64,000 nucleotides of DNA from Armatimonadota bacterium (lineage in GTDB: Bacteria > Sysuimicrobiota > Sysuimicrobiia > Sysuimicrobiales > Sysuimicrobiaceae): assembly GCA_025059775.1 (NCBI GenBank), contig JANXCW010000006.1, positions 22,361-86,360 of the forward strand, written 5' to 3'. This document shows, piece by piece, positions 46,656 to 57,649 of this stretch. The notes under the pieces were generated by a model. The model ran no database searches, was not told where the DNA came from, and saw only the letters and a list, made by a program, of their open reading frames with translations. The first letter of the stretch is position 1. Every line of letters starts with the position of its first letter. The position numbers and the translations under genes are program-made.

Positions 46656-47726
46656 CTACCCCGTACTCCGCCGCAGGTCCTCCTCCTGCTTGGGACGGGC
46701 GAAGATCATGCGGCCCGCGGAGGTCTGGAGCACGCTGGTGACCACCACCTCGGAGGTCGTACCGATCCACCGCTTGCCCCCCTCCACGACGATCATGGTT
46801 CCGTCCTCCAGGTACCCCACGCCCTGCCCCGGTTCCCTTCCTTCCCGCACCAGGTGCACCGTGAGCTCCTCCCCGGGCAGCACCACGGGCCGCAGGGCGT
46901 TGCTGAGATCGTTCACGTTCAGCACCCGCACCCCCTGCAGTTCCGCGATCCTGCCCAGGTTGAAGTCCGTGGTCACGATTCCAGCCCGGTGGGCCTTCGC
47001 GAGTCGCACAAGCCGCTCGTCCACCTCCCCCGGACCCTCATCCTCCACCACCTGGACCGCCTGCAGCTCCGCCTGGAGCCGCCCCAGGATCTCCAGACCT
47101 CGCCGGCCCCGGTTCCGGCGCAGGGGATCCGGGGAGTCCGCGATGGCCTGCAGCTCCCGCAGTACGGAGCGAGGCACGAGAATGGGTCCCTCCAGGAACC
47201 CCGCGCGCACCACGTCCGCGATGCGGCCATCAATGATGGCGCTGGTATCGAGGATCTTGGCGGTCCCCCGGCGCCTCGTGGACCGCTCCCACAGGGTGAT
47301 GAGCTCTTCCCGCCGCAGCTGCGCGAAGTGCCACCCGAGATACCCGAGCACCAGAAGGGCCGCCAACCGCAGGTATCCTCCAATCACGGGGATTCCGGAG
47401 AGCAGATACCCGATGGGGGTGGCGAGCAGCAGCCCCGCACTCAGGCCCACCAACCCCACCGTCAACTCCCGCACGGGCATGCGGTGGAGCCAGGCGAGCA
47501 CCCCGGTCATGGCCCGGACGAACCGCCGCCACAGGGGCTGGGCCACGGCGGCCCCCACCGCGGCACCCACCACCCCTCCCAGCAGCTGGACGCCGAACCG
47601 ATGCCAGCCGTTCCAACCGGCTCCCACCAGGGGGAGGAGGGCCTGCACGGCCTGGAAGCCCACCGCGGCCCCCAGCAGGGCTCCCCCGGTCCGGGTAATG
47701 CGTGCCACTACCTCCACCGATGCCAT
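46656..47726 (-). CDS. PIN/TRAM-domain protein (YacL-like)
   Basis: N-terminal TM helices, a PIN domain (ILDTSAIIDGRI), and a C-terminal TRAM-like beta-barrel. Sits at the YacL position of the Bacillus radA-yacL-ispD order. Confidence 0.75.
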   Translation of the reverse strand: MASVEVVARITRTGGALLGAAVGFQAVQALLPLVGAGWNGWHRFGVQLLGGVVGAAVGAAVAQPLWRRFVRAMTGVLAWLHRMPVRELTVGLVGLSAGLLLATPIGYLLSGIPVIGGYLRLAALLVLGYLGWHFAQLRREELITLWERSTRRRGTAKILDTSAIIDGRIADVVRAGFLEGPILVPRSVLRELQAIADSPDPLRRNRGRRGLEILGRLQAELQAVQVVEDEGPGEVDERLVRLAKAHRAGIVTTDFNLGRIAELQGVRVLNVNDLSNALRPVVLPGEELTVHLVREGREPGQGVGYLEDGTMIVVEGGKRWIGTTSEVVVTSVLQTSAGRMIFARPKQEEDLRRSTG

Positions 47727-47776
47727 GTTCCAAGCCAGTATAGTGTTCCACGAACGGGAGGTGCCACGGGGGAGGG

Positions 47777-49129
47777 CTAGAGGAGTCCCAGGGCCTCCTC
47801 CACGGTCCCCACGGTCACAACCTCGATGCCGGGATCCCCCCCGGTCACGGAGCCCGCGCGGGGCACCACCATACGCCGGAACCCCAGCTTCGCCGCCTCC
47901 AGGAGGCGACGGCCAAGCTGCGGAATTCCTCGGATCTCGCCGCCGAGTCCCACCTCGCCGCAGAAAACGGTGTGCGGGTCCAGAGGTCGGTCCCGGTAGG
48001 AGGAGGCCACGGCCAGCAGCACTCCGAGGTCCACCGCGGGTTCCTCCACGCGGACGCCGCCCGCGGCGTTCACGTACACGTCGCACCCCCCGAGGTGAAA
48101 CCCCGCTCGCTTCTCCAGCACCGCCAACAACAGGAGCAGTCGATTGTGGTCGAGCCCTGAGGTCGCCCGGCGAGGAGTGCCGAACACCGTGGAACTCACG
48201 AGGGCTTGCACCTCCACGAGGAGCGGCCGGGTTCCCTCCAGCACGCACACCACCGCGGTTCCCGCCGCGTCCGGCGGTCGGTCTCCGAGAAAGACGGTGG
48301 AGGGATTGGGGACCTCCCGCAGTCCCTCCGGGTGCATCTCGAAGACCCCGATCTCGTTGGTGGAGCCGAACCGGTTCTTCTGTGCCCGCAGAATGCGGTA
48401 TGCCTGGTGCCGTTCGCCCTCGAAGTACAGCACCGTATCCACCGTGTGCTCCAGCACCCGGGGGCCCGCGAGGGTTCCCTCCTTCGTGACGTGCCCTATC
48501 AGCAGTACTGCAATTCCCTCCGTCTTCGCGAGCTGCAACAGGGCCGCGGCGCACTCCCGTACCTGCCCCACGCTCCCCGGAGCGCTTCCCAGTTCCCGCC
48601 GGTAGACGGTCTGGATGCTGTCCACCACCAGGAGCGCGGGCCGGAGGCGGCGGGCTACCTCCAGCACCGTTTCCAACTCCGTCTCCGCCAGCAGCAGGAT
48701 CCCCCGCGAGTCCGCTCCGATGCGGTCCGCGCGCATCTTCGTCTGCTGCACGGATTCCTCGCCCGAGACGTACAGCACCGTGCGACCGTGCACGGCCAGC
48801 CGCTGCGCCATCATGAGCGCCAAGGTGCTCTTCCCGATTCCGGGATCCCCCCCGACCAACACCAAGGAGCCGGGCACAATCCCGCCTCCTAGCACCCGGT
48901 CCAGCTCCCCGATCCCCGTCACGAGCCGGGTCTCCGGGAGCGGCCGAACGTCCGGGAGTGCGATGGGCTCCGCGGCGCGCGCCGCCCATGGGCGGCGCGG
49001 CAAGTCCGGCTCCTCCACCAGGGTGCCCCACCCCTCACACCCGGGGCACCGGCCCAGCCACTTCCCGGAGGCAAACCCGCAGGCCTGGCAGACGTACCGG
49101 ACTCCCACATCCGACTCCTTTGCGAACAT
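47777..49129 (-). CDS. radA: DNA repair protein RadA/Sms
   Basis: N-terminal Zn finger (YVCQACGF...CPGC), Walker A (GDPGIGKST), and a Lon-protease-like C-domain. TTGATC-n18-TAGCAT promoter-like element just upstream. Confidence 0.9.
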   Translation of the reverse strand: MFAKESDVGVRYVCQACGFASGKWLGRCPGCEGWGTLVEEPDLPRRPWAARAAEPIALPDVRPLPETRLVTGIGELDRVLGGGIVPGSLVLVGGDPGIGKSTLALMMAQRLAVHGRTVLYVSGEESVQQTKMRADRIGADSRGILLLAETELETVLEVARRLRPALLVVDSIQTVYRRELGSAPGSVGQVRECAAALLQLAKTEGIAVLLIGHVTKEGTLAGPRVLEHTVDTVLYFEGERHQAYRILRAQKNRFGSTNEIGVFEMHPEGLREVPNPSTVFLGDRPPDAAGTAVVCVLEGTRPLLVEVQALVSSTVFGTPRRATSGLDHNRLLLLLAVLEKRAGFHLGGCDVYVNAAGGVRVEEPAVDLGVLLAVASSYRDRPLDPHTVFCGEVGLGGEIRGIPQLGRRLLEAAKLGFRRMVVPRAGSVTGGDPGIEVVTVGTVEEALGLL

Positions 49130-49289
49130 TTGTTTGCAACCATGCTACCATCGGGGGGTCGCCGGGATCAACCGCTTGGGGTACGCCAGGGCAAACGGTA
49201 CGGAGGCGGCGCGTTCCTGCACGGGGGCAGAGCCCCCCTCGCGGGCCGGGGTGGCGGGAAGGTGGTGGGAGGTGCTCCGATGCGGATAC

Positions 49290-50507
49290 CTACGGGAGCT
49301 CCTCCAGGTTGAAGGCCCGGTGCAGGGCCCGTACGGCCCGGGGGACGCTCGCGGCGTCAATCACGCAGGAGATCTTGATCTCGGAGGTACTGATCATCTG
49401 GATGTTGATCTGCTCCGCCGCGAGCGCTCCGAACATGGTGGCCGCCACCCCGGGGTTGCTGACCATTCCCGCTCCCACCACGGATACCTTGGCCACGCCC
49501 TCCTCCCCCTCCACCCGCGTGGCGCCCAGTTCCCGGGCTACCTGCTCCGCGGCTTCCAGGGCGGTTCGGGCATCCTGGCGGCTCACGGTGAAGGAGATAT
49601 CCGCCCGCCCCCCCCGGCTTGCGGTCTGCACGATCATGTCTACGTTGATGTGGGCCTCCGCCAGCACGCTGAAGAGCCGGTGTGCTACCCCGGGGACATC
49701 CGGCAGGTCCTGGACTGTGATCTTGCACACGTTGAGGTCATGGGTGACCGCATTCACCACCCGCACGGGTTCCATGGCTTCCTCCCCGATGAGGGTCCCT
49801 TCTTCCTCCTCAAAGGTGCTCCGCACGTGCAGCCGCACCCGGTGGAGCTTCGCGTACTCCGCGGCCCGGGTCTGGAGCACCACCGCGCCGCTGCTGGCCA
49901 TCTCCAGCATCTCGTCGTAGGTCAAGTACCGCAGCTTGCAGGCCTCTGGCACGAGACGTGGGTCCGCGGTGTAGACCCCGGATACATCCGTGTAGATTTC
50001 GCACACATCGGCCCCCAAGGCCGCCGCGATGGCCACCGCGGTGGTGTCCGACCCTCCTCGGCCCAGGGTGGTGAGTTCCCCCGAAGCCGTCACGCCCTGG
50101 AAGCCCGCCACCACCGGGATACGGCCCCGACTCAGCTCGTCCAGCAGCCGTCCGCGCTCCACCTCCAGGATCCGGGCCCGGGTGTGCACGGGCTCCGTGA
50201 GGATGCGCACCTGCCAGCCCAGCAGCGAGGTGGCCGCCTCCCCCTCCGCGTGCAGGGCCATGGCCAGCAGCGCCACGGAGATCTGCTCGCCCACTGCCAG
50301 GAGCATATCGAGCTCCCGGGGCGCGGGGCGCTCCGCCATCTCGTGGGCCCGTGCCAGCAGCTCGTCGGTAGTGTCTCCCGGCGCGGACACCACCACCACC
50401 ACCTGATTCCCTGCCCGCCGGGTGCGGACGATCCGGCGTGCCACGTGTCGCATGCGTTCCGGAGTCGCCACGGAGGTCCCGCCGTACTTCTGGACGATGA
50501 GAGCCAC
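49290..50507 (-). CDS. lysC: Aspartate kinase
   Basis: [13 protein letters not shown]-terminus and C-terminal ACT domains. GTG start with GGAGGAAGAG RBS. Confidence 0.85.
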   Translation of the reverse strand: MALIVQKYGGTSVATPERMRHVARRIVRTRRAGNQVVVVVSAPGDTTDELLARAHEMAERPAPRELDMLLAVGEQISVALLAMALHAEGEAATSLLGWQVRILTEPVHTRARILEVERGRLLDELSRGRIPVVAGFQGVTASGELTTLGRGGSDTTAVAIAAALGADVCEIYTDVSGVYTADPRLVPEACKLRYLTYDEMLEMASSGAVVLQTRAAEYAKLHRVRLHVRSTFEEEEGTLIGEEAMEPVRVVNAVTHDLNVCKITVQDLPDVPGVAHRLFSVLAEAHINVDMIVQTASRGGRADISFTVSRQDARTALEAAEQVARELGATRVEGEEGVAKVSVVGAGMVSNPGVAATMFGALAAEQINIQMISTSEIKISCVIDAASVPRAVRALHRAFNLEELP

Positions 50508-50518
50508 CTCTTCCTCCG

Positions 50519-51793
50519 TCACCCGATGACCCGAAGTAGGGGGCTGCTGCCCCGGACCACCTCCATGGTGTGCAGACGCGCCAGCACCGCCCGCAGGGCC
50601 CGCTCCGGGGCGGGGTGCGTTCGCAGCAGCACGTCTGCCTCCTCCCCGCGGCTCTGCTGTACGATGGAGTGCAGGCTCACCTGCTCCTCGCCGAAGACGG
50701 CCGCGATGCGGGCGAACACCCCGGGCCGATCCACCACCCGCAGCACCAGGCACGCGCTGGTAACCTGCTCCCCCCTCGGGACCACGGGCTTGTCGTAGAA
50801 GCAGGTGCATGGCACGCGGCCGTGGGCCCTCATCCGCCGGTTCCGGGCCACGGCTACGAGGTCCGAGAGCACCGCGGACGCCGTGGGGTCTCCACCAGCC
50901 CCTCGACCTGCCAACAACAGCTCTCCCGCCGCCTCCGCCCGCAGCCACACCCCGTTGAACTCGTACCGCACGGAAGCCAGGGGATGTCCGGAGGGCAGGA
51001 GGGCAGGGTAGACGGCGGCCTCGATGCGCCCCTCGCGGTCGCGGGCGTGCGCGATGAGCTTCAGGGCGTAGCCCAGCTGTCGGGTGTACGCCACTTCCCG
51101 CTGGGTAATGGTGGAGATCCCTTCACAGTGCACGTCGCTGCGCACCACCCGGCTGTTGAAGGCCGCGGAGGCCAGGATGGCGAGCTTTGCCGCGGCGTCG
51201 TGTCCCTCGATATCCTCCGTGGGGTCGCTCTCCGCAAATCCCAACCGCTGGGCTTCGCTGAGGGCTTCCGCGAAACTCAATCCCTCCTCCCCCATGCGGG
51301 TGAGGATGTAGTTCGTGGTGCCGTTGAGGATGCCCACGATCTCCGTGACACGGTCGCCCGCCAGGGATTCCTTGATGGTGCGCACGATGGGGATGCCCCC
51401 TCCCACGCTGCCCTCGAAGAGGAGGTCCACCCCGCTCGCCTCCGCGGCCTCCATGAGCTCCCGACCCCGGTTCGCCAGGAGCTGCTTGTTGGCGGTGACC
51501 ACGGATTTCCCCAAACGCAGGGCCTCCAGCACGTAGCTACAGGCGGGCTCGATTCCCCCGATGAGCTCCACCACCACATCCGCCTCTGGGTCCCGCACCA
51601 CCGACCAGGCATCATCCGTCAGCAGATCCCGCTCGATGGAGACCGGACGCGGCCGGTCCAGATGCGCCACCGCCACCCGGCGAAGCATGAGCGGCATGCC
51701 GGCCCGCCGCGCCAGGTCCGCCCCCGCGGTCTGCAGGTTTCGGACCACGGCGCTTCCTACATTCCCCAGACCCAGTAACCCGATGCGCAGCAT
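50519..51793 (-). CDS. hom: Homoserine dehydrogenase
   Basis: [19 protein letters not shown]-binding N-terminus and a C-terminal ACT domain. A TACAAT element lies 9 nt upstream of the ATG. An alternative ATG at 51844 overlaps the thrC stop. Confidence 0.8.
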   Translation of the reverse strand: MLRIGLLGLGNVGSAVVRNLQTAGADLARRAGMPLMLRRVAVAHLDRPRPVSIERDLLTDDAWSVVRDPEADVVVELIGGIEPACSYVLEALRLGKSVVTANKQLLANRGRELMEAAEASGVDLLFEGSVGGGIPIVRTIKESLAGDRVTEIVGILNGTTNYILTRMGEEGLSFAEALSEAQRLGFAESDPTEDIEGHDAAAKLAILASAAFNSRVVRSDVHCEGISTITQREVAYTRQLGYALKLIAHARDREGRIEAAVYPALLPSGHPLASVRYEFNGVWLRAEAAGELLLAGRGAGGDPTASAVLSDLVAVARNRRMRAHGRVPCTCFYDKPVVPRGEQVTSACLVLRVVDRPGVFARIAAVFGEEQVSLHSIVQQSRGEEADVLLRTHPAPERALRAVLARLHTMEVVRGSSPLLRVIG

Positions 51794-51843
51794 CTTGGGA
51801 GATTGTACCGGTTCTCCGCAAGATCCGTGATCCACAGGGTTCA

Positions 51844-52902
51844 TCAACCACGGGCTTCGGAACCCGCCTGCTCCAGGAGGGAGGCCACGGCCTCCACCGT
51901 GGGCTCGATGGGGACCGGCCTCGGAGATCGTTCCGCGGCCTCCGGGTCCTTTAGCCCGTGCCCCGTGAGCACCGCTACCACCACGCTCCCCGGCCGCAGA
52001 ATCCCCTCCCGGGCCGCCCGCAGGAGTCCTGCCACGGCCGCTGCGGAGGCGGGCTCCACGAAGAGGCCTTCCTCCGCGGCCAGCCATCGCTGGGCCTGAA
52101 GGATCTCCTCATCGCTGACCGCGGCAAGACGTCCTCCGGACTCCCGCACCGCTCCCAGGGCTCCCTGCCAGGAGGCGGGGTTCCCGATGCGGATGGCGCT
52201 TGCCACGGTCCTGGGACGCTCCACGGGATGCCCCAGGACGAGGGGCGCGGCCCCCTCCGCCTGAAATCCCCACATGGCGGGCCTCGGTTCTACCCGAGCC
52301 TCACAGAACCCACGCCAGTAGGCGGTGATGTTGCCCGCATTGCCCACGGGGAGGGCCACGATGTCCGGCGGCCCTCCCAGCGCCTGGAGGATCTCGAAGG
52401 CCGCGGTCTTCTGTCCCTCCAGGCGGTGGGGGTTGATGGAGTTCACCACCGCGAGCGGCAGCTTCTCCGCACAGGCCCGTACGAGCCGTAACGCCACGTC
52501 AAATCCGCCCGGGAGGAGGGCGACCCGGGCTCCGTGCATCCGGGCTTGCGCCAGCTTCCCGCCCGCCACCGCGCCTTTCGGAAGCAGCACCACGCACCGC
52601 ACCCCCGCCCGGGCCGCATACGCGGCCGCGCTCGCCGCGGTGTTCCCCGTGGAGGCACAGATGACCCCTCGCGCCCCCGCCTCCACGGCTTTGGCCACCG
52701 CCACCACCATACCTCGGTCCTTGAAGGAACCGGTGGGGTTCGCGCCTTCCCACTTGAAGTACAGTTCGACGCGGAGCGCGGGACCAATGGCGGTGGAGGG
52801 GATGAGGGGAGTGTTGCCCTCCAGGAGGGTGAGGGGGGGAGTCCGGTCCGTGATGGGGAGCCGATCTCGAAAGGCCACGAGGATCCCTGGCCAAGACCTC
52901 AT
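51844..52902 (-). CDS. thrC: Threonine synthase
   Basis: PLP-lysine motif (ANPTGSFKDRGM). ATG overlaps the pheA TGA. Confidence 0.85.
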   Translation of the reverse strand: MRSWPGILVAFRDRLPITDRTPPLTLLEGNTPLIPSTAIGPALRVELYFKWEGANPTGSFKDRGMVVAVAKAVEAGARGVICASTGNTAASAAAYAARAGVRCVVLLPKGAVAGGKLAQARMHGARVALLPGGFDVALRLVRACAEKLPLAVVNSINPHRLEGQKTAAFEILQALGGPPDIVALPVGNAGNITAYWRGFCEARVEPRPAMWGFQAEGAAPLVLGHPVERPRTVASAIRIGNPASWQGALGAVRESGGRLAAVSDEEILQAQRWLAAEEGLFVEPASAAAVAGLLRAAREGILRPGSVVVAVLTGHGLKDPEAAERSPRPVPIEPTVEAVASLLEQAGSEARG

Positions 52903-53717
52903 GGGGAAGCGGGATACGATCCCAGAACGATCGCCCACCGGCAGTGCTCCTCCAGACGCTGCAGGGCCCGCTGCACCCGCGGATCGTCCACATGTCCCTC
53001 GAAGTCCACGTAGAAAACGTACTCCCACACCGCCCCCCGGGCTGGCCGGGACTCCAGCTTCGTGAGATTCAATTCCTCCCCCGCGAGCGCTCCCAGGGCC
53101 CGGTAGAGGGCTCCAGGCCGGTGCTCCGTGGCGAACACCACGGAGGTTTTGCTGGGATCCCGGCGAGGCGCGGGTTCTGGGGCGATGCTGAGGAAGCGGG
53201 TGGTGTTGAGGGGGTTGTTGTGGATATCCTCCGCGAGGACGCAAAGCCCGTACAGTTCCGCGGCCCTGCGGCTCGCGATGGCGGCCTCCTCTACCTCCCC
53301 CCGGGCGGCCACCAGCCGGGCGGAGCCCGCGGTATCGTAGGTGGGGATGGGCTCGACCCCTAATTTCCGCAGGAAGGCTTCGCACTGCGCCAGGGCCTGC
53401 GGGTGGCTGTAGACCCTGCGGATCCCCTCGAGGCGCGCACCGGGCACCCCCAGCAGGCAGTGCGCGATGCGGAGGGAAATCTCCCCCGTGATGACGAGCC
53501 GGTCGTGGAACTCCAGGAGGAGGTCGTAGGTCTCGTTGATGCTGCCCGCCTCCGAGTTCTCCACGGGCACGATCCCAGCCTCGCACGCCCCGCCTGCCAC
53601 GCTCTCAAAGACCTCCTGCAGGGTACGGCGGGGTACGGTCTCGACCTGCCCGAAATGCCGAAGGGCCGCTTCCTCGCTGTAGGCGCCCGCTTCTCCCTGG
53701 AAGGCCACCCTTCGCAT
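52899..53717 (-). CDS. pheA: Prephenate dehydratase (with ACT domain)
   Basis: MRRVAFQGEAGAYSEEAA N-terminus and the TRF motif (NNPLNTTRFL). Confidence 0.8.
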   Translation of the reverse strand: MRRVAFQGEAGAYSEEAALRHFGQVETVPRRTLQEVFESVAGGACEAGIVPVENSEAGSINETYDLLLEFHDRLVITGEISLRIAHCLLGVPGARLEGIRRVYSHPQALAQCEAFLRKLGVEPIPTYDTAGSARLVAARGEVEEAAIASRRAAELYGLCVLAEDIHNNPLNTTRFLSIAPEPAPRRDPSKTSVVFATEHRPGALYRALGALAGEELNLTKLESRPARGAVWEYVFYVDFEGHVDDPRVQRALQRLEEHCRWAIVLGSYPASP

Positions 53718-53718
53718 C

Positions 53719-54530
53719 TTACCTCCGCAGCTCCTGGGCCCGCCGGACGGCCCGCTGAACCGCCTCCACCACCGCACCCCGGACGCCCCGCTCCTCCAAC
53801 GCACCCACCCCGGCCATGGTGGTCCCTCCGGGGGAGGTGACCCGTCGGCGCAGCTCCACGGGGTCTTCCCCCGTATCCCGGAGCATACAGGCGGCCCCGA
53901 ATACGGTCTGAATCACGAGGTCCCGGGCGATCTGGGGATCCAACCCCGCCCGGATTCCGCCCTCGATGAGGCTCTCCACGAGGAAGAAGACGTACGCGGG
54001 ACCGCTCCCGGAAAGCCCGGTAACCGCGTCCATGAGGTCCTCCGGCACTTCCACCACCTTCCCCACCGCGCCGAACAGCTCCCGGGTGAGGCGCGCCTCC
54101 TCCTCCCCCGCGCAGCGCCCTAGGGTAAAGGCCGTAACCCCCTGGCGGATGGCGGTGGGGGTGTTGGGCATGGTCCGCACCACGGGAACACCTGGAAAGG
54201 CGTGTTCCAGGGTCTGGAGGGTAAGACCGGTTACCACGGAGATCAGCACGTGACGGGGAGCTACGTACTCCGCCAGCTCCTGGAGGGCTTCTGGGGCATC
54301 CTTGGGCTTTACGGCCAGCACCAGCACATCTGCACGGGCACACAGCTCGGCGTGGGTCCGTGCCGTGCGGACCCCATAGCGGGCCGCCAGGGCATGCAGC
54401 CGTTCCCGGTTGGATCGGTTCGCCACCCAGACACGCTCCGGGGACACGCGCTCCGTACCCAACAGACCCACGAGGAGTGCCTCCGCCATGTTGCCGGCGC
54501 CCACAAACCCGAGGGTGTAGCGTTCCAGCA
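53719..54530 (-). CDS. proC: Pyrroline-5-carboxylate reductase
   Basis: GFVGAGNMAEAL Rossmann motif. ATG at 54530 with GGAGG RBS. Listed ORF extends to a TTG at 54549. Confidence 0.85.
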
Positions 54531-54540
54531 TCCTCTGCCT

Positions 54541-54843
54541 CCTCAACAAAACGCGCCTCCGCCCTCAAGGGCGGAGGCGCCTCCGCGGTACCACCTTGGT
54601 TCCGAGACCACGTTCCGTCCCGGCCCTCTCCGCGCGGTATCGGGCGCGCCTCGACGGTCTTCTGGCCCCCTCAGGAGGACTTTTCTCGCCCGTGGCTCCG
54701 GGGCGGGTCAGGGGAACGGATTCCAACAGTACCTCCCAGCCATCAGGGCACTGCTCTCTGTTCGGCCCGGCTTCCCCCGTTTTCCCCTTCCTCGCCGAGT
54801 TTACGAACTCAGTAGCACGCTTCCGCATCACCCGTCAACGCGG
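54541..54843 (-). promoter_or_regulatory. T-box riboswitch-like leader with intrinsic terminator upstream of proC
   Basis: RNA-sense sequence contains AACCAAGGUGGUACCGCGGAG, matching the T-box consensus (GGUGGNACCGCG). A 12-bp perfect hairpin (GCGCCUCCGCCC-UUGA-GGGCGGAGGCGC) plus GUUUUGUUG follows. An AGAGAG element lies in the 5' part. Confidence 0.55.
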
Positions 54844-55197
54844 TCAGGCGGAGGGGACCCCGAACCGCACCACCCGGGCCTCCCCCCACAGGCGCTCGAG
54901 CCGGTAGTACTTCCGCTCCTCGGGTCCGAAGATGTGCACCACCACGTCCCCGTAGTCCAGCAGCACCCAGCGGGCGTGCTCCGTGCCCTCCCGATGCCGC
55001 AGGCGCGCACCCGCGGCCCGCATGGCTTCCTCCACCGCCTCCGTGATGGCCCGGATCTGCACCGCGGTCTGGCCCGTGCAGATGACGAAGTAGTCCGCGA
55101 CGAGGGTCTGCCCCCGCAGATCCAGTACCGCTACCGCCTCCGCCCTATGCTCCTCCGCCGCGTGCGCGGCAAGCAATGCGCGCTCCCGTGCGTCCAA
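54844..55197 (-). CDS. rsfS: Ribosomal silencing factor RsfS (Iojap family)
   Basis: RsfS core (LDLRGQTLVADYFVICTGQTAVQIRAI...VVVHIF). TTG start 5 nt after the nadD stop. Start uncertain. Confidence 0.7.
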   Translation of the reverse strand: MDARERALLAAHAAEEHRAEAVAVLDLRGQTLVADYFVICTGQTAVQIRAITEAVEEAMRAAGARLRHREGTEHARWVLLDYGDVVVHIFGPEERKYYRLERLWGEARVVRFGVPSA

Positions 55198-55202
55198 CCC
55201 GC

Positions 55203-55829
55203 CTATCCCCTCCTCTCGGTCCGGCTGTAGAGTCCGTGCTTGAGGATGTACTGCTCCACTCCCTCCGGTACCAGGTACCGGATGGTGCGGCCCTCCCGAA
55301 CCCGCCTGCGGATCTCCGTGGAGGAGATGGCGAGGGCCGGGATCTCCAGGAGGTGAATCCGGTGCCGGTACTCCCGGGCGATGTCGCTGGACTGCCACAC
55401 CTCCGTATCGATGCTATAGCCGGGCCTAGAGGCCCCGATGAACTCGCACATGCGCAGCAGCTCCTCGGTCCGATGCCACTCTCCCCGCAGGATCTGCCCG
55501 ATGGCGTCCGCGCCTGTGATGTAGTACAGCTCGTCGTGCGGGTAACGGTGCCGGAAGGCCCGGACGGTATCCACCGTGTATGAGGGCCCGGGCCGATCGA
55601 TCTCCTCCCGGGAGACGCAGAAGTGCGGGTGCGTGGCGGTGGCGAGGACCACCATGAGGTAGCGGTGTTCGGGGTCCGTCACCTCGGAGGGGTCCTTGTG
55701 GGGTGGGCAGCGGTTGGGGACAAAGATCACGAGATCCAGCCGGAGCTGGAACCGGGCCTCCTCCGCGGTCACCAAGTGCCCCAGATGGATGGGATCAAAG
55801 GTCCCCCCCATGATCCCGTACCGCGCCAT
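55203..55829 (-). CDS. nadD: Nicotinate-nucleotide adenylyltransferase
   Basis: GGTFDPIHLGH (H/T)xGH motif and ISSTEIR motif. Confidence 0.9.
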   Translation of the reverse strand: MARYGIMGGTFDPIHLGHLVTAEEARFQLRLDLVIFVPNRCPPHKDPSEVTDPEHRYLMVVLATATHPHFCVSREEIDRPGPSYTVDTVRAFRHRYPHDELYYITGADAIGQILRGEWHRTEELLRMCEFIGASRPGYSIDTEVWQSSDIAREYRHRIHLLEIPALAISSTEIRRRVREGRTIRYLVPEGVEQYILKHGLYSRTERRG

Positions 55830-56891
<1,062 letters not shown>

Positions 56892-56997
56892 TTAGGATCC
56901 CCTTCCCCTGCAACGGGGAAAAGCACGCCAGACTTCCTCGGAAGCGAAAGGCCCGGGAATACCCCGGGCCTCCTCCAATCCCTGCAGGCCCCAGACC

Positions 56998-57261
56998 TCA
57001 TGCGGGGGAAACGGGAAGAACGCTGATCTGGCGGCGGTCCCGACCTCTGGGTTCGAAGACCACCACCCCGTCCACGAGGGCAAACAGGGTATCATCCCGC
57101 CCGACGCCGACGTTCCGGCCGGGCCAGAACCGGGTTCCCCGCTGGCGCACGAGGATGCTCCCCGCGGTCACGTACTGCCCTGCGAACCGCTTCACACCCA
57201 GACGCTGTCCTGGGCTGTCGCGGCCGTTCCGGCTGCTCCCGCCCGCTTTCTTCTGCGCCAT
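56998..57261 (-). CDS. rpmA: 50S ribosomal protein L27
   Basis: [29 protein letters not shown]. Confidence 0.9.
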   Translation of the reverse strand: MAQKKAGGSSRNGRDSPGQRLGVKRFAGQYVTAGSILVRQRGTRFWPGRNVGVGRDDTLFALVDGVVVFEPRGRDRRQISVLPVSPA

Positions 57262-57267
57262 ACTCCC

Positions 57268-57582
57268 TCACCTCCCACACTCGATGCGCTCGATGCGCAC
57301 CGCGGTATACGGCTGACGGTGTCCGAGCCGACGGCGGTACCGGACCTTAGGCTTGAACTTGAACACGAGGATCTTGGGAAACCTGCCCTGCTCTACGATC
57401 CGGCCTACCACCCGGGCCCCCTCTACGAAGGGGATCCCCACCACCGTCTCCCCCTGGGAGACCAGCAGCACCCGGTCCAGAATCACTTCATCCCCTTCCC
57501 GTCCGCCCAGCTTCTCCAGGCGGACCACCTCCCCTTCACGGACCCGGATCTGCTTACCACCGGACTCGATCACCGCGTACAC
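57268..57582 (-). CDS. rplU: 50S ribosomal protein L21
   Basis: MYAVIESGGKQIRVREGEVVRLEKL. There is no ysxB/prp gene between L21 and L27. Confidence 0.9.
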   Translation of the reverse strand: MYAVIESGGKQIRVREGEVVRLEKLGGREGDEVILDRVLLVSQGETVVGIPFVEGARVVGRIVEQGRFPKILVFKFKPKVRYRRRLGHRQPYTAVRIERIECGR

Positions 57583-57611
57583 CGCGACGCCTCCTCACCT
57601 CGACCGGGCCG

Positions 57612-57640
57612 ATTGTAGCAGGGGGGCCAGTTCCCTGCAA
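57612..57640 (-). promoter_or_regulatory. Sigma-A-type promoter for rplU-rpmA-obg (TTGCAG-n17-TACAAT)
   Basis: -35 TTGCAG (57640..57635) and -10 TACAAT (57617..57612) with a 17-nt spacer. GGAGG RBS and the rplU start follow. Confidence 0.4.
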
Positions 57641-57649
57641 CCGTCGGGG

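Noticed and set aside
49130-49289. Intrinsic terminator for lysC in the lysC-radA intergenic region (GGGGGC-tct-GCCCCC)
   Set aside because: The 6-bp stem is short and is not followed by a U-tract. A TTGATC-n18-TAGCAT promoter-like element for radA is more convincing and is noted under radA evidence instead.
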